The notes under the pieces: model-generated
The model's database searches: none
Told to the model about the DNA's origin: nothing
What the model saw: the letters and a program-made list of their open reading frames with translations, nothing else
Program-made: the position numbers and the translations under genes
Part shown: positions 24,381 through 35,019 of the stretch, piece by piece
Position numbering within the stretch: position 1 is the stretch's first letter
How the letters are laid out: every line of letters starts with the position of its first letter
Assembly: GCF_048593235.1 (NCBI RefSeq)
Contig: NC_133620.1
Span: forward strand, 23,809,123 to 23,873,122
Length of the DNA: 64,000 bases
Source of the DNA: Sminthopsis crassicaudata
Taxonomy: Eukaryota
Direction: 5' to 3'

Positions 24381-25919
24381 TTTATAAAGAAGTTGTTGGG
24401 AAGATAACTTAATGGGGTTGAGCCTCTTTTGTTAAGAATCTCCCAGGATCCATCCTTATCTCTTATCTGCAGAAGAATGGAGGACTGATAAGGGAAGTTT
24501 TGTTCTTCCCTCCCCCATAACTGGGGTTGGGAGCCTCTGGAAATCCTGGTCTAGAAAAGAATGTAGTTGGAGCCAGACCCTGCTGAAACCCTTATATTTA
24601 GGCTTCTGGGAACAGCTGAGGGATTGGAAATGGATTTTGAAGGCTCTGTGTTTTATTCCTTGTTTGGGAATTAAATCCTTCCCCTATTTTAGGGTCCTGA
24701 GAAGGTATCCCAGAATTAGAGACCTCATTTTCCTTAGGGTCTTTGAAACCCGACCTGTGACTCCTTTAAAATAAAGTGTGGTGGCTTGTTAATGCCATGA
24801 ACCTCATAAATAAGTGGAAAGGCACTTGCTGAGCACTTACTGTATGCAAAGAGCTGAATATACCGAGGGAAAGGCAAGCCAGTGCCCTGTTCTCTAGGAA
24901 CTCCTCTCTAGTGAAGGACACAGCAGGTATAGGGTTCAGCTGCACTTTGGGTCCTGCCCGTCTTTGATGTCATTCCCACTGATAACATCATATCAGTTAC
25001 TGCCGATGGTGAACCCGAGGACTTGGGTTTACTGGCACATATAGCCCCAAAGCCACTGCAGGGGGAAGAAAAGGGCCCCTGGCTGGGAGCTCCCTTCCCC
25101 CACCTTCTGCTCCATCGCATCAGGGAAGGGGGGACAGAAGGCAGTCAGTCAGTCAGCTGAGTGCTGGAGAGAAGAAGAAATGCAAACAGACCCTCGGATC
25201 AGGTGGAGAGAATTGGAGATGGGAGACTTGGTTCTCATGTCATCATTATTCTCCCCGTCCTGCAGCTCTGAGGCATCGGGCTGAGTGCCAGGGCTTGGAG
25301 GCCTGGAACTCCGGCTTTGGCCTCTGATCCTTGGCCTGTTTTCCTTCTCTAGTGGGCGGGTTAAGGGAACCTGCTGTTGCTGGGGGGGGGGGGGGAGCGC
25401 AGCAGCTTATTTCCCCAGAGGTGGGCAGGCTACCTCCCCCCCTGGCTGGGGATGACTTGAGGGGGTGGCCCAGGGCTCCCTCCTAGTTCTTTGGTTTGGT
25501 AGCGGGAGGGAAGGGGTGCAGACCGAGTGGCTCCCAGCTCATCTGTGAAAGGGGCCCAGAGTCCCCCTGGGTGGAGGAGGATCGGTGGCTGTTCTCCATC
25601 CCCTTGAGGAGAGGGCAGCTTAAAGGGGGGCCCAGATGTTTTAGCCCCCCCACAATCACCAAGAATTAGTGCTTTGGGGGACAGATCTCCAGATTGTGGT
25701 GAGGTCAGGGTGGGTTTATAGACACTGAAGCCTGAGCTTCCTAAATTGTAACTTCCACGTCTAGCGGGATCGAGTCACCCTTTTGATCTACCCGCTTTTG
25801 TACCCTTCTGACCCCTTTTTGCTCACGTGAGAGGTACGTCACTGTCTTATCCCCTCCTCCTCCTGCTACTATAGCAACCGGGTCTTGGCCAGTTTCCTGT
25901 CTTTCTTCCGCCCGTCCTC

Positions 25920-25993
25920 CAGAGTTGCGAGCTGATTGGCTGGGGGCGTAGGACGGAAGTGTAGTCCGCCCCGGAAGCGGTTCTGGGATAATC
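25920..25993 (+). promoter_or_regulatory. KTI12: KTI12 proximal promoter (intronic CpG-island promoter)
   Basis: Inverted CCAAT (ctgattggct), two ETS/GABP sites (cggaagt, ccggaagc), a GC box and an overlapping ACTACA-type (ZNF143-like) element, all within 75 nt of the ATG. Confidence 0.7.
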
Positions 25994-27064
25994 ATGCCGC
26001 TGGTGGTGCTGTGTGGGCTGCCGGACAGCGGCCGGAGTCTGCGAGCAGACGAGCTCCGCAGGGCGTTGGAGGCTGAGGGTCGGCCCGTGACGGTCGTGCG
26101 CGATGCCGACGTGCTTGGGCCCGGTGGGCCGGAGGCTCTGTGCGAGGCCTACTCGGACCCGGCCCGCGAGAAGGCGCTGCGCGCAGCTCTCAAAGCCTCG
26201 GTGGAGCGCGGCCTGGGCCCCCGGGCCGTGGTCCTCCTCGACTCTCCCAATTACATCAAAGGCTTCCGCTACGAGCTCTACTGCCTGGCGCGGGCGGCGC
26301 GCACCCCGCTCTGCCTGCTCTACTGCCTGAAGCCCCGGCCGCGGGCGCCGGGCGCCGGGGAAGACTGCCTCCCGAAGGCCGGGGCTGCAGCCAGCAGCTG
26401 GAGACCGAAGCTCGCGACCTCGGAGCCGGAGCGGGGTCTGCCAGCGGGGGACGCCCCTGAGGATGGCGACCCTCAGTGGAGAGGTTCGGAGGAAGATCCC
26501 GAATCAAGACTAGAGGGAGCCCCGGATTCAAGGGCACAAAATCCTGGGAGCCCGGGGGCCCCGAGGGACGGAGCGGCGGGGGAGCTGGAGCCAGAGCCGG
26601 ACCTCGGCTTCCCCCCGGAGCTCGTGGACGCCCTGGCCCAGCGCTTCGAGCCCCCGGATTCCCGCAACCGCTGGGACCGGCCCCTGTTCACGGTACTGGG
26701 GCTGGAGGAGCCTCTGCCCCTGGCCCAGATCCGGGCGGCCCTCTTCGAGAGCCAGGTGCCCGCCCCGCATCAGGCCACGCAGTCCCAGCCGCTGGCTTCC
26801 ACCAACTTCCTGCACCAGCTGGATCAGGTCACGAGCCAGGTCCTGACAGCACTGATGGAGGCCCAGAAGAGCGCCGTCCCCGGGGACCTGCTGTCGCTGC
26901 CCGGGACCACGGAGAGGCTGCGCTTCAGCCGCCCGCTGTCCATGGCCGAGCTGAGCCGGCTCCGGCGCCAGTTCATCTCGTACACCAAGCTGCACCCCAG
27001 CCAGGAGAACCTGCCGCAGCTGGCCAACATGTTCCTGCAGTACCTGGGCCAGAGCCTGCACTGA
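25994..27064 (+). CDS. KTI12: KTI12 chromatin-associated homolog (Elongator regulator, PSTK-like P-loop protein), intronless, 356 aa
   Basis: ORF contains MPLVVLCGLP, LDSPNYIKGFRYELYCLAR, RFEPPDSRNRWDRPLF and the C-terminal LHQLDQVTSQV...LRRQFISYTK...NMFLQYL, all matching KTI12. High GC3; nested in TXNDC12 intron 2 as in eutherians. Confidence 0.97.
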   Translation: MPLVVLCGLPDSGRSLRADELRRALEAEGRPVTVVRDADVLGPGGPEALCEAYSDPAREKALRAALKASVERGLGPRAVVLLDSPNYIKGFRYELYCLARAARTPLCLLYCLKPRPRAPGAGEDCLPKAGAAASSWRPKLATSEPERGLPAGDAPEDGDPQWRGSEEDPESRLEGAPDSRAQNPGSPGAPRDGAAGELEPEPDLGFPPELVDALAQRFEPPDSRNRWDRPLFTVLGLEEPLPLAQIRAALFESQVPAPHQATQSQPLASTNFLHQLDQVTSQVLTALMEAQKSAVPGDLLSLPGTTERLRFSRPLSMAELSRLRRQFISYTKLHPSQENLPQLANMFLQYLGQSLH

Positions 27065-27256
27065 GGCTCCGGGGCCACCCCAGGGGCGGGCCAGTCTGGG
27101 CTCTGGGACAAGTCTGGGACTCTTCCAGAGAGAACACTTCTTTTTGGAAGTGGTGGATGCTGAACTCCCCTTCTCAGTCTGGGGGCAATTAGAGAGAAAG
27201 CTCAGAATAACAGGAACCTGTAAAACAACAGAATTCTGTTTCCCAGTCTGTGCTGC

Positions 27257-27262
27257 AATAAA
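27257..27262 (+). terminator. KTI12: KTI12 polyadenylation signal
   Basis: AATAAA about 190 nt after the stop codon, followed by a GT/T-rich downstream element (ggtttttgtttgggttttt). Confidence 0.8.
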
Positions 27263-27559
27263 AGGTTTTTGTTTGGGTTTTTTTTATTGGAGTCATTCTT
27301 TGCTGGTAAAACTCAGAGAGCTAGAGGCCTTTGAACTAAAAAAAGGAAGTTCTCAGGCATAAGAATCTAGGGAATATGCATTGTATTCTGTGCTTGAGGG
27401 TTTGGTTTCTAGCAAGTAATTAGTCTTGACATCTGACACTGGGGCCTTATGAAAGATGAGCTGGAATTTTTACAGACCTGGGTGGGTGGCGTCAGTCCAG
27501 TGGCAGTCACTCGGAACCTGTGGTTTTGAGCCGGTCACTTGCCTCTTCTGGACTTTAAT

Positions 27560-27735
27560 GTACCCAAAGATGGGTTTGACTTGTAACTTGGATGGGGAAA
27601 AACAAATTATTTTGATATTTAGGTCCCCTTGTAATTTTATTATTTTATGCATTTAAAAACATTCTGAGAAAGTTTCATCGGCTTCAACAAACAGCTTAGG
27701 AATCCAGGACAAAAAAGGTTAGGAATCCTTGGATT
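27560..27735. mobile_element. Old hAT-Charlie-type non-autonomous DNA transposon fragment (related copy in opposite orientation at about 58770-58945)
   Basis: attttatgcatttaaaaacattctgagaa...aaaaaaggttaggaatcc resembles ancient Charlie MITE ends; family not determined. Confidence 0.5.
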
Positions 27736-28669
27736 AAAAGATCACTGAGAGTTTCTTCCAGCTGATTTTCGGGGTTTGAAGGTCCCTCTCTCATATCTGA
27801 TTGTATTCTGGCTTCTGTGGTTTAACATTAAAGTCCTAAAAGTTGATGCTGACTTGGTTAAATGCCAGAACCAGAAAGTGCCAGGTGCATCCTCCTACTG
27901 AGGAGGAAATTAAAGACCAAAGATAGGATTGATTTTTCCAGTGTCTTGGTGGTGACCTTGTGGCAGAACCAATCTAGACATAGCCCAGGCCTTCTGACCC
28001 AGGGGTCCAGTAGAAACCCCAGGAAATTTCTGAGGGGGAGAAGTAGCCCTACTTGGAACTAGAAGTGACCTCTGCAGTCAGTCAGGTGATGAGCATTTAT
28101 TAAGTGCTTTCTATATGCTCAGCACTGGGAAACAATCCCACTGTTAAGGAGCTCTTAGGGGAAACCACATGCAGAGTCTCACCTGTGAAAGTGCTGGTTC
28201 TGCTGTTGAACCCTGAAGACCACCAGGCTATTCCATTTGACATGTAACTCAACCCTAGCTAGGGTGGGAGCTCTCTAAGTGGAAAGACTGGCTTTTTTCC
28301 ATTTCCAGCACTTAGCATAAGGCTGACACATATAGTAAATTAAAAAAACAAACAAACCAACCCTTTTCCTTCATCCTCAAAAGACTTGATGAATGGGCCT
28401 CCATCCTTAGCTGAACACCTCCAAAAAAAGGGAGACGCCCACCTCACAGCTGTACTTACTAGGACTTTATATTGGAACTGAAATCAGCTCTACTCTAGTT
28501 CTTTCTGGGGCCAAACAGAGCAGGTCACAGAAAGGGAAAGCCACTTGTTTCATTTGTCTTAAAGTGGCAAAACTAAGGCTGGATCAGACTTCATCTGAGT
28601 TTCCAAATAGTTTAAGTAGCTTAGGTAATGGGGTAAGAAATAGTATGATTTCCTTTTCCAAGATGTTTT

Positions 28670-28915
28670 TCTGAGGCAGAAGGTGTCTGGAGGCAGGTAG
28701 GTAATTCAGTGGTTTGCGCCCTAGACCTGGGATCAGGCTTGAGTTCAAATCCAGGCTGATGTGCACTAGTTGTAAGATCCTTCATGTGTCATAACCTTCG
28801 CCTTAGTTTTTTCATCTCTAAATGTAGGTTGTAGTAGCACCTAATTCCCAGGGTTTTTGTGAAGAATAAATGAGATTATTTGTAAAGTGCCTGGCATACA
28901 TTAGGTAAACTAACT
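28670..28915 (+). mobile_element. MIR-type CORE-SINE
   Basis: gaggcaggtagg head, gagttcaaatcc B box, ccttagttttttcatctctaaatg core and gtaaagtgcctggcac tail. Confidence 0.7.
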
Positions 28916-28989
28916 ATATTTATGTACAGTTATCAAATTATTAAAACCAATGAATCTTAGGTTAAGAATTCCTGCTTTTAAATATATAA

Positions 28990-29130
28990 TTTAACATGTA
29001 TAGGACTGCCTGCCATCTAAGGGAAGGAGGGGAAAATTCAGAACAGAAGTGAGTACAAGGGATAATGTTGTAAAAAATTACCCATGCATGTGTACTGTCA
29101 AAAAAAATTATAATTATAAAATTAATTAAA
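28990..29130 (+). mobile_element. Short young L1 3' end
   Basis: ggataatgttgtaaaaaattacccatgcatgtgtactgtcaaaaaaaattataattataaaa is the reverse complement of the 41060-41160 L1 tail. Confidence 0.75.
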
Positions 29131-29908
29131 AATATATATATATATAAAGAAAGTTCACAGTTTTATATAGTCCTCTTTTTTTGTTGTTCTTTATGTATCA
29201 GAAAGTTTACATTTGTTGATTGTTAAATTTGTAGTTAAAAAAAGAAAATTGTGCTTTAAAAGAATTGTTTCCCTAGACTAGACTTCATGGAACATTATGG
29301 ATGGAGGGAATAGCTGGTTTTGGGAGAAACAAACCTTGAAATTTGTGGGGTTTTGAAATGAGATCAGCTGTACACTATTAGTGGTCTTGAGTGTACCAGG
29401 GGTCATTTGGTTCACGTGTCAACATTTCCTCTCACAGCAATTTTAATTTCAGGACATGTCAACATAGCCCCCAAAAATTCCTAGTGACCAATATTCTGGT
29501 GATGAGAGCTTAGTTAGGCTGGTCCTTGGGATAGAAAGAGTGCGTCCATTTTAGTGAGACCTCCCCTTGAGCCTGTGCTCCTCTGTGGTGGCCTTTTCAA
29601 GCCCAGAGTTATCTAGATGGGTGAGAAAGAATGTCTCTGGAAAATTTTGTTCAAAATGTGTTAATGCTTTAGAAAAAATCCTCATCATTTCCCAATTGTT
29701 CTCTGACTAATAGAATCTCTTGCACAGTCAGGAAGTCCAGTTATGTCAAACATATGGACACCTTGGCTCCCTCCCCTAGTCCTTCACCTCCAGTGAGAAG
29801 AGGGAGCTTTGTCTTGTCCTCATTTCCAAGAGGGTTTTTAAGATGGCAGCGGGTGGGATCCACCTCCCTCCTGAACCTTCTGACTGACGGCTTGTTTTGT
29901 TTCCTAAG

Positions 29909-29961
29909 TGGGCTGCCTCTGATGGTCATCATCCACAAGTCCTGGTGTGGAGCCTGCAAAG
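29909..29961 (+). CDS. TXNDC12: TXNDC12 exon 3 with thioredoxin active site (GLPLMVIIHKSWCGACK)
   Basis: 53 nt, cctaag acceptor, gtacgt donor; intact WCGAC motif. Confidence 0.98.
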
Positions 29962-30282
29962 GTACGTAGATCCCTGGGGTTCCAGCGGCCCTTCAGATTT
30001 TTGTTTAAAAGCCGGCCAGCTTTAAATCCAGGAGCCCATGTTCCCTCAGTTCCATGCCAGACACAGTGATCTCCATCTCCTGTTCTTGACTCATCCTTTC
30101 CTTCCCTCATGCCTCTGATCATGCTGTATTCCCTTCATCCTCACCCCCAGATATTCCTGTTGAAGTCCTTTCTTTCCCAACTTGGCCCAGGTCAGGTGCA
30201 GCCTTTTGGATGAAGCCTTCCTGACTCCTCTCTCTTCAGATTTCTCCTCTACACTAATCACATTCTGCCTCATATTCTTCTT

Positions 30283-30645
30283 CTTTTTTTTTTTTTTTAG
30301 CAGTTATTCTCAAAATTTAGACAAAGATAGCTTTCAGCATTCATCCTTACAAAACCTTGTGTTCCAGATTTTTCTCCCTCCCTTCCTCCACCCATCCTCT
30401 AGATGGCATATTATCCAATATATGTGCAATTCTTCTATACATATTTACACATTTATCATGCTACACAAAAAAATCAGATCAAAAAGGAAAAAAAATGAAA
30501 AAAACCAAAAAGCAAGCAAACAACAAGAACAAAGGTGAAAATTTTGTGCTGTGATCCACACTCCATCTCCCTGGTCCTCTTCTTTCTGAATACAGGCGTC
30601 CCTTTCCATCCCAAGTCTGTTGGAATTCTGCCTCAGTTTTTTCTG
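30283..30645 (-). mobile_element. L1 3'UTR fragment
   Basis: T-tail followed by antisense L1 3'UTR (ttcagcattcatccttacaaaacc...tgtgatccacactcc), homologous to other copies in the window. Confidence 0.8.
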
Positions 30646-31759
30646 CATATGATGTGTGAGGTCTTGTGCCCCTCGCTAGACTAAAAGCTCCAGGAGGCCA
30701 GGTCCTGTGCCCTTCTTTCACCTTTGCGTACCTTTGTACTTGTTTAATAAATGCTTTCATGGAATAGAGACTGCCCAGGAGTGCCTCTTGTGGATATGTG
30801 GCCGTGCTCCAGTAGATTCACTTTGCCCAGATCAGGGTAGGTGCAGAGGGCAACAAGATTTCATGGCAGGAGGGGCTAGGGAGGCAGAGATGAGAGAGGA
30901 CCTTCAGAAAGAGTCCGGGGAAGAGCATCAGAAATGAGCAATGTCCTTTAGTTCCACGGGGTTCCGGGGGGTGCACCAAGGTTCAGAGAGTCACACATGG
31001 CCAAAGGGGAGCTTGAATCTAGAATCTCTGGCTCCAGCCCAGAGCCAGTCACAGCCACTGGCGGCCTCCCAGCTTAGGATCCCAGATTTAGAACTGGCAG
31101 GGAGCTTGCAGACATCGAGTCTGATCCCCTCATTTGCTGATGAGGAAACAGACCCAGCTCACACATGTAGAGAGTGTCTAAGGCAGGATCCAAACTCAGG
31201 GCTCTCCACTGAACTCCTTCATTGCTCAAAGGAAAGGCACCTTGTTATTTTGGGAAATGATGTAGCATGAAGACTAGCATCCTGGCTCGTCTCCTTACTC
31301 TGGGAATTGGGCTGTAATCTCTTAAGAACCTTTTGGTTATAGAGGGAGGGTCTTCATATTGAGAACCAGCATGGGTCCAGTCCGGATCACACTGGGCTGG
31401 AATTCCGTCCTTGGCACTTGTCCCTTGTGTGATGTTGGGTAAGCCCCTCTCCCTTCTCTAAACTTCAGTCAGTATACTCATCTATAAAATGGGGTGGTCA
31501 TCATCATTAGAGCTAGCTCTTCTATAGTGTTTTAAGGTTTACAAAAACTTAACAAATATTTTATATTTACATAATAGTTGCTCAGGGTTGTTTGTTGCAA
31601 AGAGAGTGTCTTTGTAACCCCCAAAACTATTAGAATTGGGTGAAATTAGAATAAAGAAGCCCTCTCATGTCAGGCACAGGGTTTAGATCAGGTGAAGATA
31701 GATCTTCTTTCGAATCATTTTGTCCTTTTTTTTTTCTTTTTCCTTTTTTTAAAAATCAG

Positions 31760-31833
31760 CTTTAAAGCCCTTGTTTGCGGAGTCCAAGGAGATCTCAGAA
31801 CTTGCTCACAATTTTATTATGGTCAATCTTGAG
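31760..31833 (+). CDS. TXNDC12: TXNDC12 exon 4 ([25 protein letters not shown])
   Basis: 74 nt, atcag acceptor after a long T tract, gtaagg donor; matches ERp18. Confidence 0.97.
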
Positions 31834-32324
31834 GTAAGGTTGGAAGAGGTTCCATGTCTGTTGGGAGTAAAGGGGCTAAGGCAGAGCTTAGCATGTCTGT
31901 ATTGATAGTTGACTTGCTCTAAATCAAAAAGCATTAGAGTTGGTGCTGGGTATATTGCCTGTACACAGTAAATGCCTTATAAATGCTTTTTCATTCATTG
32001 GAAGAGATCTCAAAAGCCAGTTCTCGTGGCCCAGCTCAGGTGCCCAGGGGGCTGGATATTTGTCGTCCCATGTGGGACTCACTCATCCCCTCAGGAAAAA
32101 TGTTAACCACATATAACTTGTTTTTAGAACTAGAGGTGGGTTCTAACTATTGTCATTTTTTAATTGATCTTTTTTCCCATCACCCAGATTTCCCATTATA
32201 GCACTTTCCCTTCTTCCTCCCAGAAATCCAAACCTTATAATGAAGTATAAGAAAGAGAAAGGAGAGTTTTTTTTTTAAATTGACCAAGATATCTAGAGTC
32301 TGACGGAATGCGATGTTTATTTAT

Positions 32325-32520
32325 ATTGTTTTCTTTTTCTTTAAATAATACCTTTTCTTTTTCCAAATACATGCAAAGATAGTTTTCAACATTCACCCTT
32401 ACAAATCCTTATGTTCCAAATTTTTTTCTCCCTCCCTTCCTCTAGATAGCAAGTAATCCAATATATGTTAAACATAAGCAGTTTTTCTAAACATATTTAC
32501 ACAGTCATCCTGCTACATAA
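32325..32520 (-). mobile_element. L1 3' end fragment
   Basis: ttccaaatacatgcaaagatagttttcaacattcacc...tagatagcaagtaatccaatatatgttaaac, the same family as the other L1 tails. Confidence 0.75.
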
Positions 32521-32789
32521 TCTTGTTTTAACAAAAATCTATTTTTTTTCCCTTCTCTTCCCATTGAAAGAAAAAAAGGAAAGAACAATTTTTAACAAGT
32601 GTGCATAATCAAAAAAAAAAATTCTTTCAGTAGCCATGTCCAAAAACTATATTTCCATTCATGAGTCCTCTGAGTCCCCCTTCCCCTTTCTGTCAGGAGG
32701 TGGGGATTTGAACTCAGGTCCTTGTGACTTCAAGGCTGGTGCTCTATCCCACTGCTCCACTTAGCTGCCCCATTTTCCTCTTTATTGAT

Positions 32790-33320
32790 CTCATTGGAGC
32801 TTGGTATCTCTGGGTCAAGGGAGGCACAATTTAGTATCTTTTGGGACATTGTTTCTTTTGTTTTCCAGTATGATTGCCATTACATGTAGCTGCTGTCCAC
32901 AGAGCTCTGGGATGTTACCTTCCTTCTCCATGAGTTGTTTTCCTCACAGTCTTTCTCTCCTCCCTGGCTCCTGCCTCATCTTAGGGAACTTCACTGTACA
33001 GATTGCTGCTCCCTCCAGTGTGTTCCTCCACTTCGCCTCTGTTCTCAGAGACGGTCTTACTTTAGGTCTCACCATTCCCCACATATGTTCAAGTGTTCAT
33101 GTTTGTGAACTCTGAAATCAATTGAACTCATCCCAACTTAGTGACTTTCCACCTCTTCCTATGTCTTGCAAACTCCAACCCTGTTCTTCTCCTTACTTCA
33201 ATCTCTTGTCCGCTCACCTACTTCTCTCCCACACCATCACCACTGTACTCTCCATATTTTTCTCTCCATCTTGACCCCCCCCCTCAACCATTTCAACTCT
33301 ACCCTGTCCTCTTCTCTTGA
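32790..33320 (+). mobile_element. Decayed L2 fragment
   Basis: Pyrimidine-rich degenerate L2 ORF2-like sequence (ggaacttcactgtaca, caaccatttcaactctaccctgtcc). Confidence 0.45.
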
Positions 33321-33449
33321 GTTTCTTTCCTCATTTTTCTCCCCTATTTATTTATTTTATCATTGTTTTGTTTTGTTTTTTAATGGGACAGGTAACTCTT
33401 TTGTTTCATGTATTTTCATTTATGATCCCTTGAGGAAAACCAGGTTTTG

Positions 33450-33960
33450 TCAAAGCCCAACAAGATACAAATAAAGCTATTAGACTATGCCTCCGAACCC
33501 ATATCACTCTGTCTCACTGATTGCCCAATAGTAGGTTGCAGCTCAATCCTCACTTGTTGGGTTTTGATAGCTCAGAGTGAATCTAAATAGCAATTATTTA
33601 TTTTCTGGTCAGAAACTCTGAGGCTCTTCCCCTCTCAGGTTGATTCTTTTGTGAAGACAAACTCATTCTTTACCTCTGATCTAACAAAAAATTAGCCGTA
33701 ATCAGTGAATGGCTGTAGCCTTGATCCATCTGAGACCGTTGAAGGCCTGAGCTTAAAAAGGCCAAGATCTCCCACTGCATCCAGGCCATCTCTAGTCCCA
33801 GTCTGGGTCTTGCCACTCGACCCATGTGGTACCTGAGAAAAAAGTGAGACAGGTGACTTTGCACAGCCTTCCCTTCCTCCAATCCAATTCGCTTGCTTGA
33901 TGTGACATTCCCTCCCTGATGTCTTGGTCCTCTTAAAGCATGAAGGATGATCAACAAACC
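33450..33960 (+). mobile_element. Marsupial RTE-associated SINE-like repeat (second copy inverted at about 39580-39840)
   Basis: cccactgcatccaggccatctctagtcc...gtgactttgcacagcc...gatgtcttggtcctcttaaagcatgaagga has a reverse-complement homologue at 39.6-39.8 kb. Exact family name uncertain. Confidence 0.65.
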
Positions 33961-34949
33961 TTCCCTCTATAGGAAGCCTTTCCCATTTGCCCTTGATCCT
34001 GGTTCTTTCCCTTTGTCCATATTAATTGTTATCTTGTCTGTATCTTGTTTGTACACAGTAGTTTGCTTGTTCTCTCCCTCATTACAGCTGCTAGAAGGCT
34101 GGGGACATTTTTGCCCTAGTACACAGTGCCTGCCACATAGTAGGTGCTTAAAAATGTTTTTTGGTGACCAACAGTAGTCGACCTGAGTGATCACCGTGGC
34201 TTCTTATCACCCTTCTAAAGTTTTGTCATTCAGCTCTCTGGGCTGCTCTTCCCATTCGTACATTGTTCTCTTAGTTCTACCCTTTTCTTTTTGTATCAGT
34301 TCATAAAACTTTTCCCTTGCTTCTCACACATCTTATTCATGGTTTCTTACAGCATTCCACCCATACAGCCATCCAAACTTTGTTCACTCCTTCCCCAATT
34401 TCCACTTTGCTTCCCCTAACAGTGTTGCTATAATACTGGGGTGAATATAGCAGTTCATGCTTTTTCAGAACAACTCAGCCAAAATTTATGAGGCATCTCC
34501 TGGTGCTTGTAATAGGAAGGACAAAAATGAACTTATTCCTGCCTTCAACATATTTTTATTCTGCTGAGCACTAGAGGCAGCTGTAGTGGGGAAAGTACTG
34601 GTTTTGTTTTCAGGGGTCTTAGATTCAAATCCTGATGCTGTTATTATCTATATGACCCTTAAACTTTGGGCCTGACAAGGTGGGGATAGAGGCAGCGATT
34701 TGAACCCAGGTTCTCTGGGTGCCATACTGATCCATACTTGAGCAAAGGGAACTGTTGTCAGGTAGGACAGAGACCTCAAAGGGATGGTAAGGGGCCTGGG
34801 TCAGGTGCTCTAGGGGCAAACTAAGAGCTCACTGGGGTCAAGGACAAGAGTGTTCCTGAAGATGGCATGGAGAAAGGCTCCTGTAGACTCGTCTTTCTTG
34901 GGTGAGTGGGATTCAGGGAAGTGAATGATCCTGCCTTGGTTGTCCACAG

Positions 34950-35019
34950 GATGAAGAAGAACCCAAGGATGAAGCCTTTAGCCCTGATGGCGGTTATATT
35001 CCAAGAATTCTTTTCCTGG
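34950..35019 (+). CDS. TXNDC12: TXNDC12 exon 5 ([23 protein letters not shown])
   Basis: 70 nt, cacag acceptor, gtaagc donor; contains the [10 protein letters not shown] motif of the AGR/ERp18 family. Confidence 0.98.

Noticed and set aside
20205-27064. In-frame TXNDC12-KTI12 fusion protein via the 25922 acceptor
   Set aside because: Both possible phases hit stop codons (TGA or TAG) before the KTI12 ATG.
26103-27192. Alternative-frame and antisense ORFs over KTI12 (up to 238 aa)
   Set aside because: Shadow ORFs produced by very high GC3, with no independent coding signature.
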